From assembly GCA_963781585.1 (NCBI GenBank), contig CAWAGQ010000013.1, positions 320,001 through 384,000 on the forward strand: a stretch of 64,000 nt of DNA, written 5' to 3'. Below, one piece after another: positions 1-9,543 of the stretch. Each line of letters starts with the position of its first letter. Positions within the stretch are counted from its first letter, which is position 1. The notes beneath the pieces were generated by a model. The model did no database searches. It was not told the DNA's origin and saw only the letters and a program-made list of their open reading frames with translations. A program made the position numbers and the translations under genes. Origin of the DNA: an uncultured Gemmatimonadaceae bacterium (lineage in GTDB: Bacteria; Gemmatimonadota; Gemmatimonadetes; Gemmatimonadales; Gemmatimonadaceae).

Positions 1-197
1 TCGGCGTCGTTCGGCAGCCCGATGAGGGAACGGCTGCACATATCTGGCAGCTGCTCATCGGCGGGCAACTGCCGATCGTGGCGTTTTTTGCGATCAAGTG
101 GCTTCCCCGCGCTCCGAGGCAGGCGTTGCCGGTCCTGGGGCTGCAGGCCGCGGCCGGACTCGCGGCCCTTGCGCCGGTCTTTCTTCTGCACCTTTAG
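1..197 (+). CDS. 3' part of a small conserved membrane protein (partial at window edge)
   Basis: Frame 3 reads GVVRQPDEGTAAHIWQLLIGGQLPIVAFFAIKWLPRAPRQALPVLGLQ...HL*; hydrophobic; not in the ORF track because its start is outside the window. Confidence 0.7.
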   Translation, partial: GVVRQPDEGTAAHIWQLLIGGQLPIVAFFAIKWLPRAPRQALPVLGLQAAAGLAALAPVFLLHL

Positions 198-371
198 GCA
201 ACGACTCCGCGAGCGACGCGCGCAGGAGTCGCCGGGACGGCTTCCGATCGAAGCCGTCGGCCGGCAGCGTTACGACATCAGAACCGGCATGACGAAGCGC
301 GCCGCCTGGCGCTGATTCCGGGTTGCACGCCGGTGCAGGAGTACCGGTAAGCCAGGGACTGGCGCCACTTC

Positions 372-389
372 CTGCTGAGCAGTATAAAT
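372..389 (+). promoter_or_regulatory. Putative leaderless promoter/operator of padR (CTGCT-G-AGCAG inverted repeat followed by TATAAAT)
   Basis: Short inverted repeat 372-382 directly followed by an AT-rich -10-like element 4-5 nt before ATG 394; no RBS. Confidence 0.4.
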
Positions 390-393
390 CGCC

Positions 394-756
394 ATGGCCA
401 CGCGCGCGCTCGGCGAAGCCGAACAGCTCATCCTCTTCGCGCTCGTCGCGCTCCCCGCCGAGGAGTGCTACGGCGTCCCGATCCGCGAGCTGATCGAGCG
501 GCGCACCGGTCGCTCGATCTCGGCGGGTGCCGTCTACACGGCGCTCGATCGCCTGGCCGCGCGCGGCTTCGTCTCCAGCCGGCTGGGCGATCCGACCGCG
601 CAGCGTGGCGGACGGCGCAAGCGCCTCTACACTCTGGAGCGGGCCGGCGCGCAGGAACTGTCGCGGTCCTACCAGAAGCTCTCGGCGATGTCGCAGGGGC
701 TCGTGCGCCAACTCGAGCTGCGCGCGGCGAGCCCGGCGCGCAACCGGAAGCGCTGA
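394..756 (+). CDS. padR: PadR family transcriptional regulator (ADOP-associated type)
   Basis: LGEAEQLILFAL...YGVPIRELIE...GAVYTALDRL...GGRRKRLYTL wHTH pattern; directly upstream of an ADOP permease. Confidence 0.92.
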   Translation: MATRALGEAEQLILFALVALPAEECYGVPIRELIERRTGRSISAGAVYTALDRLAARGFVSSRLGDPTAQRGGRRKRLYTLERAGAQELSRSYQKLSAMSQGLVRQLELRAASPARNRKR

Positions 757-758
757 TC

Positions 759-3455
759 GTGACGACGCCGTCCCCGCTCCCGGCATCGCGCCTGCCGGCG
801 CTCGCGCGTGCGATCTCGGCGCTCATTCGAGGGCCCGACGCGGATGTCGTGCGCGGCGACCTCGAGGAGACGTATCGGCGGAGGATCGCCATCGAGGGAC
901 CGTCGTGGCGCGCGCGCCTCGCCTGCATCGCCGACGCCGCGGCGTCGCTGCTCCACTGGTGGTCGCCGGCGGCCGCGGCCCGCCGCCGCATGCAGGCGCC
1001 CACGGACCCCGCGGGAGAGAGGATGACGACAATCGGGCACGACCTGAGACTGATGCTGCGCGCCCTCGCGCGGCGTCCCGGCTATGCCGCCACCGTGGCG
1101 ATCACGCTCGGACTCGGCGTCGGCGCGACCACGTCGATCTACAGCGTCATCGACGCGATCCTGGTCCGTCCGCTTCCCTACGGCGCCGCGAACCGGCTGG
1201 TGCTCATCGGCAACACGGTGCCCGGCCGCGAGTGGCTCGAGGGACACGAGGGACTGCAGCGACTCGGCCCGGTGTCGCTCGAGGCCCTCCGCGACCTGCG
1301 GGCGCGGACGCACGCGATCGACGCGGCCGCCGCGATCGACCGGGCGGGGTCGCTCGTCCAGACGCCCGACAACGGCGCGGAGGCGATCGACCTCGCCGTC
1401 GTCCAGCAGGGTTTCTTCGACCTGCTGTCGGTGAAGCCGTTTATGGGACGCCTGCCGCGGGACGGCGACCAGCGCGGCCCCGACGGTCCGGCAGGCGTGG
1501 CAATCAGCTATGCCGGCTGGCAACACCGCTTCGGCGGCGATCCCGACATCATCGGAAAGCGATACGGCGGCTTCACAATCGTCGGCGTCTTGCCGCGCGA
1601 TTTCGTCCAGCCGGCCGCGCTCGTCGGCACCGACGTCGAGTTCTGGCGTCACCTCGATCCCACGGACCCGCGCTACGCCGGTTCACGCCAGCGGGGACTC
1701 CAGGTCCTGGCGCGCCTGGCCCCGGGCGTATCGGTTGACGGGGCGCGTCGCGAGCTCGCCGCGGCGCAGCGGCAGCTCGCCGAGGAGCACCCGGGGGAGA
1801 ACGAGGGCAGGGACGGAGTGCGGCTGGGCATCGGCGTGAATTCCCTCCGCGACGCCACAATCGGCAGCGGGGCACGTCCGGTGCTGATCTTTCTCGGGGC
1901 CGCGGTGCTCCTGCTTCTGCTCGCTGGCACCAACGCCGCAAACCTCCTCATCGTTCGCGGCCTGGAGCGGGACGGTGAGCTCTCGCTCCGGCGTGCGTTA
2001 GGCGCCGGGCGAGGCCGCCTTGCGGCGAGCGTCGTGGGCGAGAGCGTGGTGCTCGCGCTGGCCGGCGGGGTGGTGGGCCTCGCGATCGCAGTCGGAGGCG
2101 TCGCTGCCTTCCGCCGTTTCGGACCGCAAACGCTGCCGCGCATGGGCGAGGTCGCCGTCAATGGCCGGATCGTCGCGGCGGGAGCACTGCTCTCCCTGCT
2201 GGTCGGCATCGTCGTCGGCGTCATGCCCGCCGCGCGGTCGAGTGGGGCCGACCTGCTCTCCAATCTCCGCTCGTCGCTCACGGCGATCTCGCCGCGCGGC
2301 ACGCGGCTTCGTACGGCGCTCGCCGCCACGCAACTGGCCATCGCCCTCGTGCTTGGAGTGGGCGCGAGCCTGCTGTTCCGCTCGTTCGTGGAACTCCGGT
2401 CGCAGCCGCTGGGTTTCTCGCCCGATCGGACGGTCACGTTCTCGGTGCTCTTCAAGAGCCGGAACATGTCGGAGATGTGGGACCAGGTGCTCGACGTGGT
2501 TAGGCGCGTGCCGGGCGTTTCGGCGGCTGCCGGCGGATCGAACCTGCCGTTCGAGAGCCCGATCCTCGCAATGCGGCTCGCCCCGATCGACCAGTCGCCC
2601 GGCGCTCCCGTCGAGAGGGTTGCCACGTACGGCGTGACGCCGGGGTACTTCGCGGCGATGCACATTCCCGTGCTGCGCGGCCGCGACTTCGACCTGACCG
2701 ACAAGGCGGACTCGCGACGCGTCGTGCTCGTGAACGAGAGCTTCGCGCGGTCCGCCTTCGGCGATCGCGATCCGGTGGGCCAACACCTGCGTGTCCCCGA
2801 CGACGATACGGGCGACAGCCCCGAGGTTGTGGGCGTGGTGGGCGACGTGGTGCAGGCGCGCGTCGAGGATGGTATGCGTCCCGCGATCTACGTCCCGTAT
2901 ACGCAGACGATGGCGCTGGTGCACGTCGTGGCGACGACGCGTCGCGATGCCGAGGGAACGGCGCGTGACGTGCGGCGCGCACTGAGCGGCGCGGGCATCG
3001 TCGCGCCCGTCGTCGACCCGACGACGATGAGCGCCCGGGTCACGGCATCGCGCGCGGTGCCGCGGTTCCAGATGCTGCTGCTCGGCGCGTTCGCCGTCGT
3101 GGCGGTGCTGCTCGCGGCGATCGGGCTCTACGGCACACTCGCCTTCACGGTGCGATCACGCCTCCGCGAGATCGGCATCCGCATGGCGATGGGGGCCACG
3201 CAAGAGCAGATCTTCGGACTCATTCTTCGGCAGGGGCTCGCGGTGCTGGGCATCGGCCTGACGGCCGGCGTGCTCGGCGCGATCGCCTTGACACGCTTGA
3301 TGGTGGCGTTCCTCTATCGCGTCCACCCGGTCGATCCCGCGTCGTTCCTTTCCGCGCTCGCGATCCTCACGGTGGCGGTGCTCGTCGCCGCGCTGCGTCC
3401 CGCGCGGCGCGCGGCGCGGGTCGATCCGGTGACGAGTCTGCGCGCCGAGTGGTGA
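759..3455 (+). CDS. ADOP family duplicated ABC permease (MacB_PCD/FtsX x2)
   Basis: TLGLGVGATTSIYSVIDAILVRPLPY, ELSLRRALGAGR, REIGIRMAMGA, RAARVDPVTSLRAE; GTG start at 759 inferred just after the padR stop. Confidence 0.92.
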   Translation: MTTPSPLPASRLPALARAISALIRGPDADVVRGDLEETYRRRIAIEGPSWRARLACIADAAASLLHWWSPAAAARRRMQAPTDPAGERMTTIGHDLRLMLRALARRPGYAATVAITLGLGVGATTSIYSVIDAILVRPLPYGAANRLVLIGNTVPGREWLEGHEGLQRLGPVSLEALRDLRARTHAIDAAAAIDRAGSLVQTPDNGAEAIDLAVVQQGFFDLLSVKPFMGRLPRDGDQRGPDGPAGVAISYAGWQHRFGGDPDIIGKRYGGFTIVGVLPRDFVQPAALVGTDVEFWRHLDPTDPRYAGSRQRGLQVLARLAPGVSVDGARRELAAAQRQLAEEHPGENEGRDGVRLGIGVNSLRDATIGSGARPVLIFLGAAVLLLLLAGTNAANLLIVRGLERDGELSLRRALGAGRGRLAASVVGESVVLALAGGVVGLAIAVGGVAAFRRFGPQTLPRMGEVAVNGRIVAAGALLSLLVGIVVGVMPAARSSGADLLSNLRSSLTAISPRGTRLRTALAATQLAIALVLGVGASLLFRSFVELRSQPLGFSPDRTVTFSVLFKSRNMSEMWDQVLDVVRRVPGVSAAAGGSNLPFESPILAMRLAPIDQSPGAPVERVATYGVTPGYFAAMHIPVLRGRDFDLTDKADSRRVVLVNESFARSAFGDRDPVGQHLRVPDDDTGDSPEVVGVVGDVVQARVEDGMRPAIYVPYTQTMALVHVVATTRRDAEGTARDVRRALSGAGIVAPVVDPTTMSARVTASRAVPRFQMLLLGAFAVVAVLLAAIGLYGTLAFTVRSRLREIGIRMAMGATQEQIFGLILRQGLAVLGIGLTAGVLGAIALTRLMVAFLYRVHPVDPASFLSALAILTVAVLVAALRPARRAARVDPVTSLRAEW

Positions 3456-3647
3456 AACTGACGTCCGCTTCCCTCGCGAGACGAAGTAACTCGTCCCCAC
3501 GCGGCACCCCGGTCCAACCGGGCGATCGAACCATCCCGCGGGCGGCGACGGTGCGCGACGACGGGCACCGACCCGGGGAACCCTTTGCCCCTGGCGCGTG
3601 GTCCAAAGAAGGCACGACACGCGTAGATTCCAGCAACTGAGACGCCG

Positions 3648-5213
3648 ATGGAAACCGTGCCCGCACGTGACCCGGGTCTCCGGCAGCATGCCGGTGCCCC
3701 GCAGAAACCAACCACCCCGAATCGAAGCCGGGCGCGTCTGCGCGGCACACTTGCCGCCGCTGCCCTGCTCGTGTTGCCGCTCGCTGCGGCGCAACACCGG
3801 TGGCAGCCGCCCACCTCCCTCTCCGACGCCGAGTTCTGGAACGTCTTCACCACCATGTCGGAGCCGGGCGGGTCGTTCGCGTCAGAGAACTTCGTCTCGA
3901 ACGAGGTCTCGTTTCAGGAAGTCATTCCAACGCTGCAGCGATCGCTCACCGCCGGCGGCGCGTATCTCGGTGTCGGTCCGGAACAGAACTTCACCTACAT
4001 CGCGAACCTCCGCCCGCGTCTGGCGGTGATCTTCGACATCCGGCGTCAGAACGCGATGCAGCACCTGATGTACAAGGCGCTCTTCGAGCTGTCGCCGACC
4101 CGCGCCGAGTTCGTCGCGCGGCTCTTCTCGCGTCCCGCCGTGGCGCGGCTCGACACGAGCGTGAAGGTGGAGGCCCTGTTCGATTCGGCCACCCGGTCCG
4201 CGCCGAGCGATTCCGCGTTCCACGCGAATCACGACGCGATCCTGAATACGCTGACCCGGAAGCACGGATTCGCGCTCTCGCCCGACGATGTCGCAATGAT
4301 CGAGCACGTGTACGACATCTTCTGCACCGCCGGGCCGGACGTGAGTTACGGGACGCGATCAACGGGGTCGTGGATGGGTCGCGCGGGCTACCCGACGTAC
4401 GGCGCGCTGCAGTCGGGGACCAACGCGGACAGCGTGCAGATGGCGTTTCTGGCCAGCGAGGAGAACTATCGCACCGTGCGTGAGCTCGAGTTGCGGAACC
4501 TGATCGTTCCGGTGGTCGGCGATTTCGCCGGCCCGAAGGCGATCCGGGCCGTGGGTGCGTACCTGCGCGAACTCGGCCTCACGGTGACCGCGTTCTATGT
4601 CTCGAACGTGGAGCAGTATCTGTTTCGCCAGGCCGGTGCGGCCGACGCGTTCTATGGCAACGTCGCCTCGCTCCCGATCGACACCACGAGCACCTTCATC
4701 CGGTCCGTCCCCCGTGCCGCGTCTCCCTTCAGCGTCAGCTGGTTTGGCGGCGGCAGCGCGGGAACGCTCGCTGCCGGCGGGGTGGTGGTGAGCGTCATCG
4801 ACAGCGGCGGTGTGCGCACCACGCGCATGGTGCGTGACAGCGCGGGTGTGCAAGTGGTACAGGTGACGGTGGACAGTACGGCACGCCTGGGGAGGGCAGC
4901 GGTGCCAACGGCTCCCGGCTGCGCGACTTCGCCAACCGCCCCTTGTACGCTCTCGATCGACTCGTCGCGCACCTCAACAGCTGCGCGGCAGGACAGCATG
5001 CTCGCGTCGATGTTGCGGACGCTGATGGTGCGACGGGACAGCATCATGGCGCTCCCCGGCGGGCGGAGCCTCGTGGGCCCGTCGCGCGTGATGATGCTGG
5101 GTGGGCTGCTCACATCCGGACTGGCGTCGATGCGGGAAACGCTGGACGCGTTCTTTGCCGGTACGGTGCACAACTACGACGACGTCATTCGCATGACGAA
5201 GCCGGGTGGCTGA
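3648..5213 (+). CDS. Secreted conserved hypothetical protein (LIC_10091-like)
   Basis: Signal-like N-terminus; MSEPGGSFASENFVSNE, GGAYLGVGPEQNFTYIA and FYVSNVEQYL motifs; long ORF. Confidence 0.7.
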   Translation: METVPARDPGLRQHAGAPQKPTTPNRSRARLRGTLAAAALLVLPLAAAQHRWQPPTSLSDAEFWNVFTTMSEPGGSFASENFVSNEVSFQEVIPTLQRSLTAGGAYLGVGPEQNFTYIANLRPRLAVIFDIRRQNAMQHLMYKALFELSPTRAEFVARLFSRPAVARLDTSVKVEALFDSATRSAPSDSAFHANHDAILNTLTRKHGFALSPDDVAMIEHVYDIFCTAGPDVSYGTRSTGSWMGRAGYPTYGALQSGTNADSVQMAFLASEENYRTVRELELRNLIVPVVGDFAGPKAIRAVGAYLRELGLTVTAFYVSNVEQYLFRQAGAADAFYGNVASLPIDTTSTFIRSVPRAASPFSVSWFGGGSAGTLAAGGVVVSVIDSGGVRTTRMVRDSAGVQVVQVTVDSTARLGRAAVPTAPGCATSPTAPCTLSIDSSRTSTAARQDSMLASMLRTLMVRRDSIMALPGGRSLVGPSRVMMLGGLLTSGLASMRETLDAFFAGTVHNYDDVIRMTKPGG

Positions 5214-5297
5214 GGGCCCGGAGGCCGTCACCGGTTCGACGCGGAAGCGATCCGGGCGAACGGCGGCGCCAGTGATCGTCACCCAATCCCGGACCCA

Positions 5298-5809
5298 ATG
5301 CGACTCGTTCTTCCCGGCCTCATTCTGACTGCTGCCTGCCCGTCCTCGCGGGCGCCGCTACGCCGGGCGTGCGCGTGGCGCATTGCCGGGTGCGCGGGGT
5401 GATCGGGAGCGCGACGCGTTTCGAACTCCTCCTGCCTGACGATTGGAACCGGCGATTCGCGATGGGTGGGGGCGGCGGGTTCGGCGGCTCGGTCGAGAAC
5501 ATGGCGGAATCCAGCGTCAACTCCGGGTACGCCACTGTCGGGACGGACGCGGGTCACGAGGCGAGTGGCCTCTCGGCGAGCTGGGCGCTGCACAACGAGG
5601 AGCGGTTGACCGACTACGGGTACCGTGCCATCCACCGCACGGCGGAGGTAGCCAGGCAGCTCATTCGCGCCTATTACGGGTCGGCGCCACTCAAGTCGTT
5701 CTTCCTCGGATGTTCCAACGGCGGGCGCGAGGCACTCATGGAGGCGCAGCGGTTCCCGACGGACTTCGACGGGATCGTTGCCGTCGCGCCGTGTCCAGTA
5801 TCAGCGTGA
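5298..5809 (+). pseudogene. Tannase/feruloyl esterase family N-terminal fragment
   Basis: HCRVRG...LPDDWNRRFAMGGGGGFGG...GTDAGH...GCSNGGREALMEAQRFPTDFDGIVA, then abrupt stop; apparent frameshift near the start. Confidence 0.8.
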
Positions 5810-6138
5810 GCAGCGACGATGACGGCTCCACCATACAGCGGTGCTATCACTGCCCTGACGAGCCGCTTCGCATCGTGCAAGTGCGCGAGAATGGCCGCCG
5901 CCTCCGCCGGAACGTCGTGGAAGCACAGCGACGTCACGAGCTTTGCGGCGTCTGCAGCAAATCATGTTAGCCAGCGTCCGCCTCGTCATTTGGAGAATGG
6001 ACCCGAGCTCGTCAAATCCAATGCATCTGAAAGTCCCCACCATCGCCTGAGGACGACGGCACGGAGGAGACAGACGACCTCGTCAGGCGCATCAAGACGG
6101 CGGGCGCGGTGCCGGCGATGTTCACGACGTACGCGTAC

Positions 6139-6259
6139 GGGCAAGCTCGCCGACTTCGTGATGCTCGCCGACGATCCGCACGCGGTAGATGCGGGGAAGA
6201 TCAAGGACATCGAGATCGTGCGGACGGTGGTGGGCGGGGGGACGGCGTACCAGGCGTGA
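6139..6259 (+). pseudogene. C-terminal fragment of an amidohydrolase-3 family protein
   Basis: GKLADFVMLADDP...IKDIEIVRTVVGG; no matching upstream part. Confidence 0.7.
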
Positions 6260-6430
6260 GCGGCCGGCATCGCGCCCCTGGCGAAACGCTGCGGGCATTC
6301 CGGCTGTCCCACCGTGGTTCCCGGCCTGGCACGAACCGGGCTTTTGGCTTGCCTGGCGTGAATCTCCTGGTCATGCGGGTCGACCCGGTGCGCGCGGAGC
6401 GGCTCTCCGCGTCGTCGAAGAAGCGACCCA

Positions 6431-6726
6431 GGAGCACCCACGAGATCGGCGTGCGGATCGCGCTGGGCGCGACGGCGCAGCGCATCGTCGGCCTGGTCGT
6501 CGGGCGCAGCGTGGGGCTCGCCGTGGCGGGGCTCGTGGTGGGTCTGGGACTGGCACTCTGGGGAAGCCGCTACCTCGACGGGCTGCAGTTCGATACGTCC
6601 ACGCACGATCCAGCGGTCTATGGCATCGCGTCCGCGACGCTGCTGCTCGTGGCGGTGGCGGCGAGCGTCGTCCCGGCACTGCGCGCGCGGCGGGTCGATC
6701 CGGTGCGGTCCCTGAAGGCGGAATAG
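6431..6726 (+). pseudogene. C-terminal FtsX fragment of an ADOP permease
   Basis: THEIGVRIALGA...PALRARRVDPVRSLKAE with the remainder of the gene absent. Confidence 0.8.
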
Positions 6727-6755
6727 TCGCCGGCACCCGGGCAACCCTTCAGGGG

Positions 6756-6786
6756 CATAGAGCATCTATGGCATAGATGCTCTATG
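6756..6786. promoter_or_regulatory. Double palindromic operator upstream of an ADOP permease
   Basis: CATAGAGCATCTATG-G-CATAGATGCTCTATG: perfect 15-bp inverted repeat; each half is itself CATAGA-N3-TCTATG. Confidence 0.7.
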
Positions 6787-6856
6787 GCCGTGTGGCCGGC
6801 GCCGTTGTGGCGGCGCCCGGTCGTCCGGCGAGAGCGGCTTCCCGGGAGAACCACAT

Positions 6857-9481
6857 ATGCGCGCGTTCCTGGCCCGATTGCTCGACTGGCTCCGTCGCGA
6901 CCGGATCGACGGCGAATTGCAGGAGGAGCTGACCTTTCATCGCCAGCGGCTGGAGCGCGATGCGCGCGATGCCGGCGTTCCGGAGGGACGCATCGCCGCC
7001 GCGAGCCGGCGTGCGCTGGGCTCCACGACGCGGACTCGCGAGGCCGTCCGGGAGGGCGCCTCGCTCCTCTGGCTCGACCACCTCGCGACGGACGTGCGCA
7101 TCGGCCTGCGGGCCCTGCGCCGGACACCGACGTTCACGGTGGCGGCGCTGGGGACCCTCGCGCTCGGCATCGGCGCAACGACCGTGATCTTCAGTGTCGC
7201 GTGGGCCATCTGGCTGCAACCACTTCCGTATCGCCAGCCCGATCGCCTGGTGTCGCTCGGCGACGCGTTTCGTGGCGGATCTGGCGGGACGATTTCCGTA
7301 CCGGAGGTCGACGACTACGCCCGGACCGGTGTCTTCGATGGCGTGGCGGCCTTTCAGTACGGCGCGACCATCATGAAACCGGGAGATGAACCGGTGCGGG
7401 TCCTCTCCTTCACGGTCTCGCCGAATCTCTTCGACGTGCTCGGCGTTTCTGCCCGGCTCGGTCATACGTTCACCGGTCGCGACACGATCGGCGCCGAGGC
7501 AGAGACGGTCGTGCTGAGCGATCGCCTGTGGCGGCAACGCTTTCATGCCGATACGGCCATCCTGGGACGCTCGATCGAGGCGTTCGGTGGCCTGCTGACC
7601 GTGGTCGGCGTGATGCCTGCCGAGTTTCGCTTTCCCGAGTGGCTGCCAAGCGAGATGTGGGTGCCGCGCAACTTCCGGTCGGAGGGCGGGAATCGCGGCA
7701 CGCGGTTCCTGAATGCGGTGGCCCGCCTCCGCGACGACGCGACACCCGGGCAGGTCCAGGCGGCGATGTCGGGGCTGACCCGTCAGCTCGCCGCGGATCA
7801 TCCTGACGCCAACCGGGACTGGGCCGCCACCGTCTCCCCACTGGTCGAGGGCACCGTGGGCGCCTACCGCGGCGCGTTAGGCTTCCTGCTCGGCACGGTG
7901 GGCCTGTTGTTGCTCATAGCCTGCGCCAATATCGCGAGCCTGCTCCTCGCCCGCACCACCGCGCGACGGAAGGAACTCGCCGTGCGCGTCGCGCTTGGTG
8001 CCGATCGCGCGCGCGTGACGCGTCTCGTCCTCACCGAGAGCACGCTCCTGGCCGTGCTGGGAGGAGGGCTCGGCATCCTGCTCGCCCGTCTGGGCGTTCC
8101 CCTGCTCGGAGCGCTCTTTCCGTCCTCGATCCCGCGCGCGGATCTCGTCGCGGTCAGCGCGCCGGTCATACTCTTCTCCGCACTGCTGTCGCTGGCGACC
8201 GGGATCGTGTGCGGGCTGGCACCGTCGTGGCGCGTCTCCGCGCTTGCGCCCGCTGAGGCGCTGCAGTCGGCGGGGCGCGCGATCATGGGAGCGGGCCGGC
8301 ACGGATTGCAGGAGATGCTCGTCGTGGGCGAGGTCGCCCTTTCGCTCATGCTGCTCGTCGGCGCGGGGATGATGTTGCGAAGCTTCCTCGCGCTCACGGC
8401 GCGGGACCACGGGTTCGCTCCCGCTCACGTGCTGACGATGCACATCACGCTGCCCTTCGACCGCTACGGCGACGCCAACGCCCGCCGGCAGGCGTTCGAG
8501 GATCTTGCGGCGGGGGTCCGCCGAGTGCCGGGTGTGGCGGATGCCGCCGAGGTCACCGGCTATCCGGGAAGCTCGCTCGGCTACCTGGGCGGCGGCCCGA
8601 TCGGCCCCGATCCGGGAGATCCCGCCCGGCAGGTGGTCGTGAGCTACCGCGCAAGCGGGCCGGCGTACTTTCGCACCATGCAGGCGACGCTGCTTGCGGG
8701 TCGCGACTTCGACCAGGGCGATCGCCCGGGATCGCCGAGTGTGGCCATCGTAAACCGGGAGCTCGCGGCACGCCTCTGGCCCGGTGAAGATCCGGTCGGC
8801 AGGACGCTCCGGCTTCCGGCTTCGCTGACGAACTTCCTGCCCTCGTCGTCCGTCGAGGTCGTCGGCGTGGTCGGGGACATGCGCCTCGGCGCGAAGCCCG
8901 CGGCCGACCTGTTCGTGCCGCTCGCACAGGTCCCGATGTTCTGGAGCGACCTGGTCGTGCGCGTTGCCGGCGATCCGGAAACGCACGCGAACGTGGTTCG
9001 GAGTGCGCTGCGTGCGATCGAGCCTGACCTACTCATCGAGGACGTGGCACCCATGCAACGCATCCTGGCGCGGCAGATTGCCCTGCAGCAGGTGCAGAGC
9101 GTCATCGCCGCGGTGCTGGGCGTGCTCGGATGCGTCCTCGCCGATCTCGGTCTCTTCGGATTGCTGTCGTACCTGGTAAACCGGCGGATGCCAGAATTCG
9201 GAGTGCGCATCGCCCTGGGAGCCACGCGGGCGCACATCTTCACCGCGGTACTGCATCGCGGACTGTCGCTCACCGGGGCCGGCATCACGCTCGGTGCCAT
9301 TGGCGCGTTCGGCCTGGTTCACCTGTTGCGCAATCGCCTGTTCGGCCTGCAAACGACCGACGTGCGCGTCTTCGCAGCGGCGGCCTGCTGCATGACAGCC
9401 GCTGCCATTGCCGCCTGCTGGCTCCCGGCCCGTCGTGCCACGCGCGCGCATCCCGTCGCGGCGATGCGCGTGGACGCCTGA
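6857..9481 (+). CDS. ADOP family duplicated ABC permease
   Basis: ELQEELTFH N-terminal prefix, TLALGIGATTVIFS, LLIACANIASLLLAR, PARRATRAHP; RBS GGGAGA. Confidence 0.93.
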   Translation: MRAFLARLLDWLRRDRIDGELQEELTFHRQRLERDARDAGVPEGRIAAASRRALGSTTRTREAVREGASLLWLDHLATDVRIGLRALRRTPTFTVAALGTLALGIGATTVIFSVAWAIWLQPLPYRQPDRLVSLGDAFRGGSGGTISVPEVDDYARTGVFDGVAAFQYGATIMKPGDEPVRVLSFTVSPNLFDVLGVSARLGHTFTGRDTIGAEAETVVLSDRLWRQRFHADTAILGRSIEAFGGLLTVVGVMPAEFRFPEWLPSEMWVPRNFRSEGGNRGTRFLNAVARLRDDATPGQVQAAMSGLTRQLAADHPDANRDWAATVSPLVEGTVGAYRGALGFLLGTVGLLLLIACANIASLLLARTTARRKELAVRVALGADRARVTRLVLTESTLLAVLGGGLGILLARLGVPLLGALFPSSIPRADLVAVSAPVILFSALLSLATGIVCGLAPSWRVSALAPAEALQSAGRAIMGAGRHGLQEMLVVGEVALSLMLLVGAGMMLRSFLALTARDHGFAPAHVLTMHITLPFDRYGDANARRQAFEDLAAGVRRVPGVADAAEVTGYPGSSLGYLGGGPIGPDPGDPARQVVVSYRASGPAYFRTMQATLLAGRDFDQGDRPGSPSVAIVNRELAARLWPGEDPVGRTLRLPASLTNFLPSSSVEVVGVVGDMRLGAKPAADLFVPLAQVPMFWSDLVVRVAGDPETHANVVRSALRAIEPDLLIEDVAPMQRILARQIALQQVQSVIAAVLGVLGCVLADLGLFGLLSYLVNRRMPEFGVRIALGATRAHIFTAVLHRGLSLTGAGITLGAIGAFGLVHLLRNRLFGLQTTDVRVFAAAACCMTAAAIAACWLPARRATRAHPVAAMRVDA

Positions 9482-9543
9482 GGTCGCGGCCGTTGCGCGT
9501 TGATGCCTCACGACGCCGCGGGCGGGCGGGGCTGTCGGGGATA

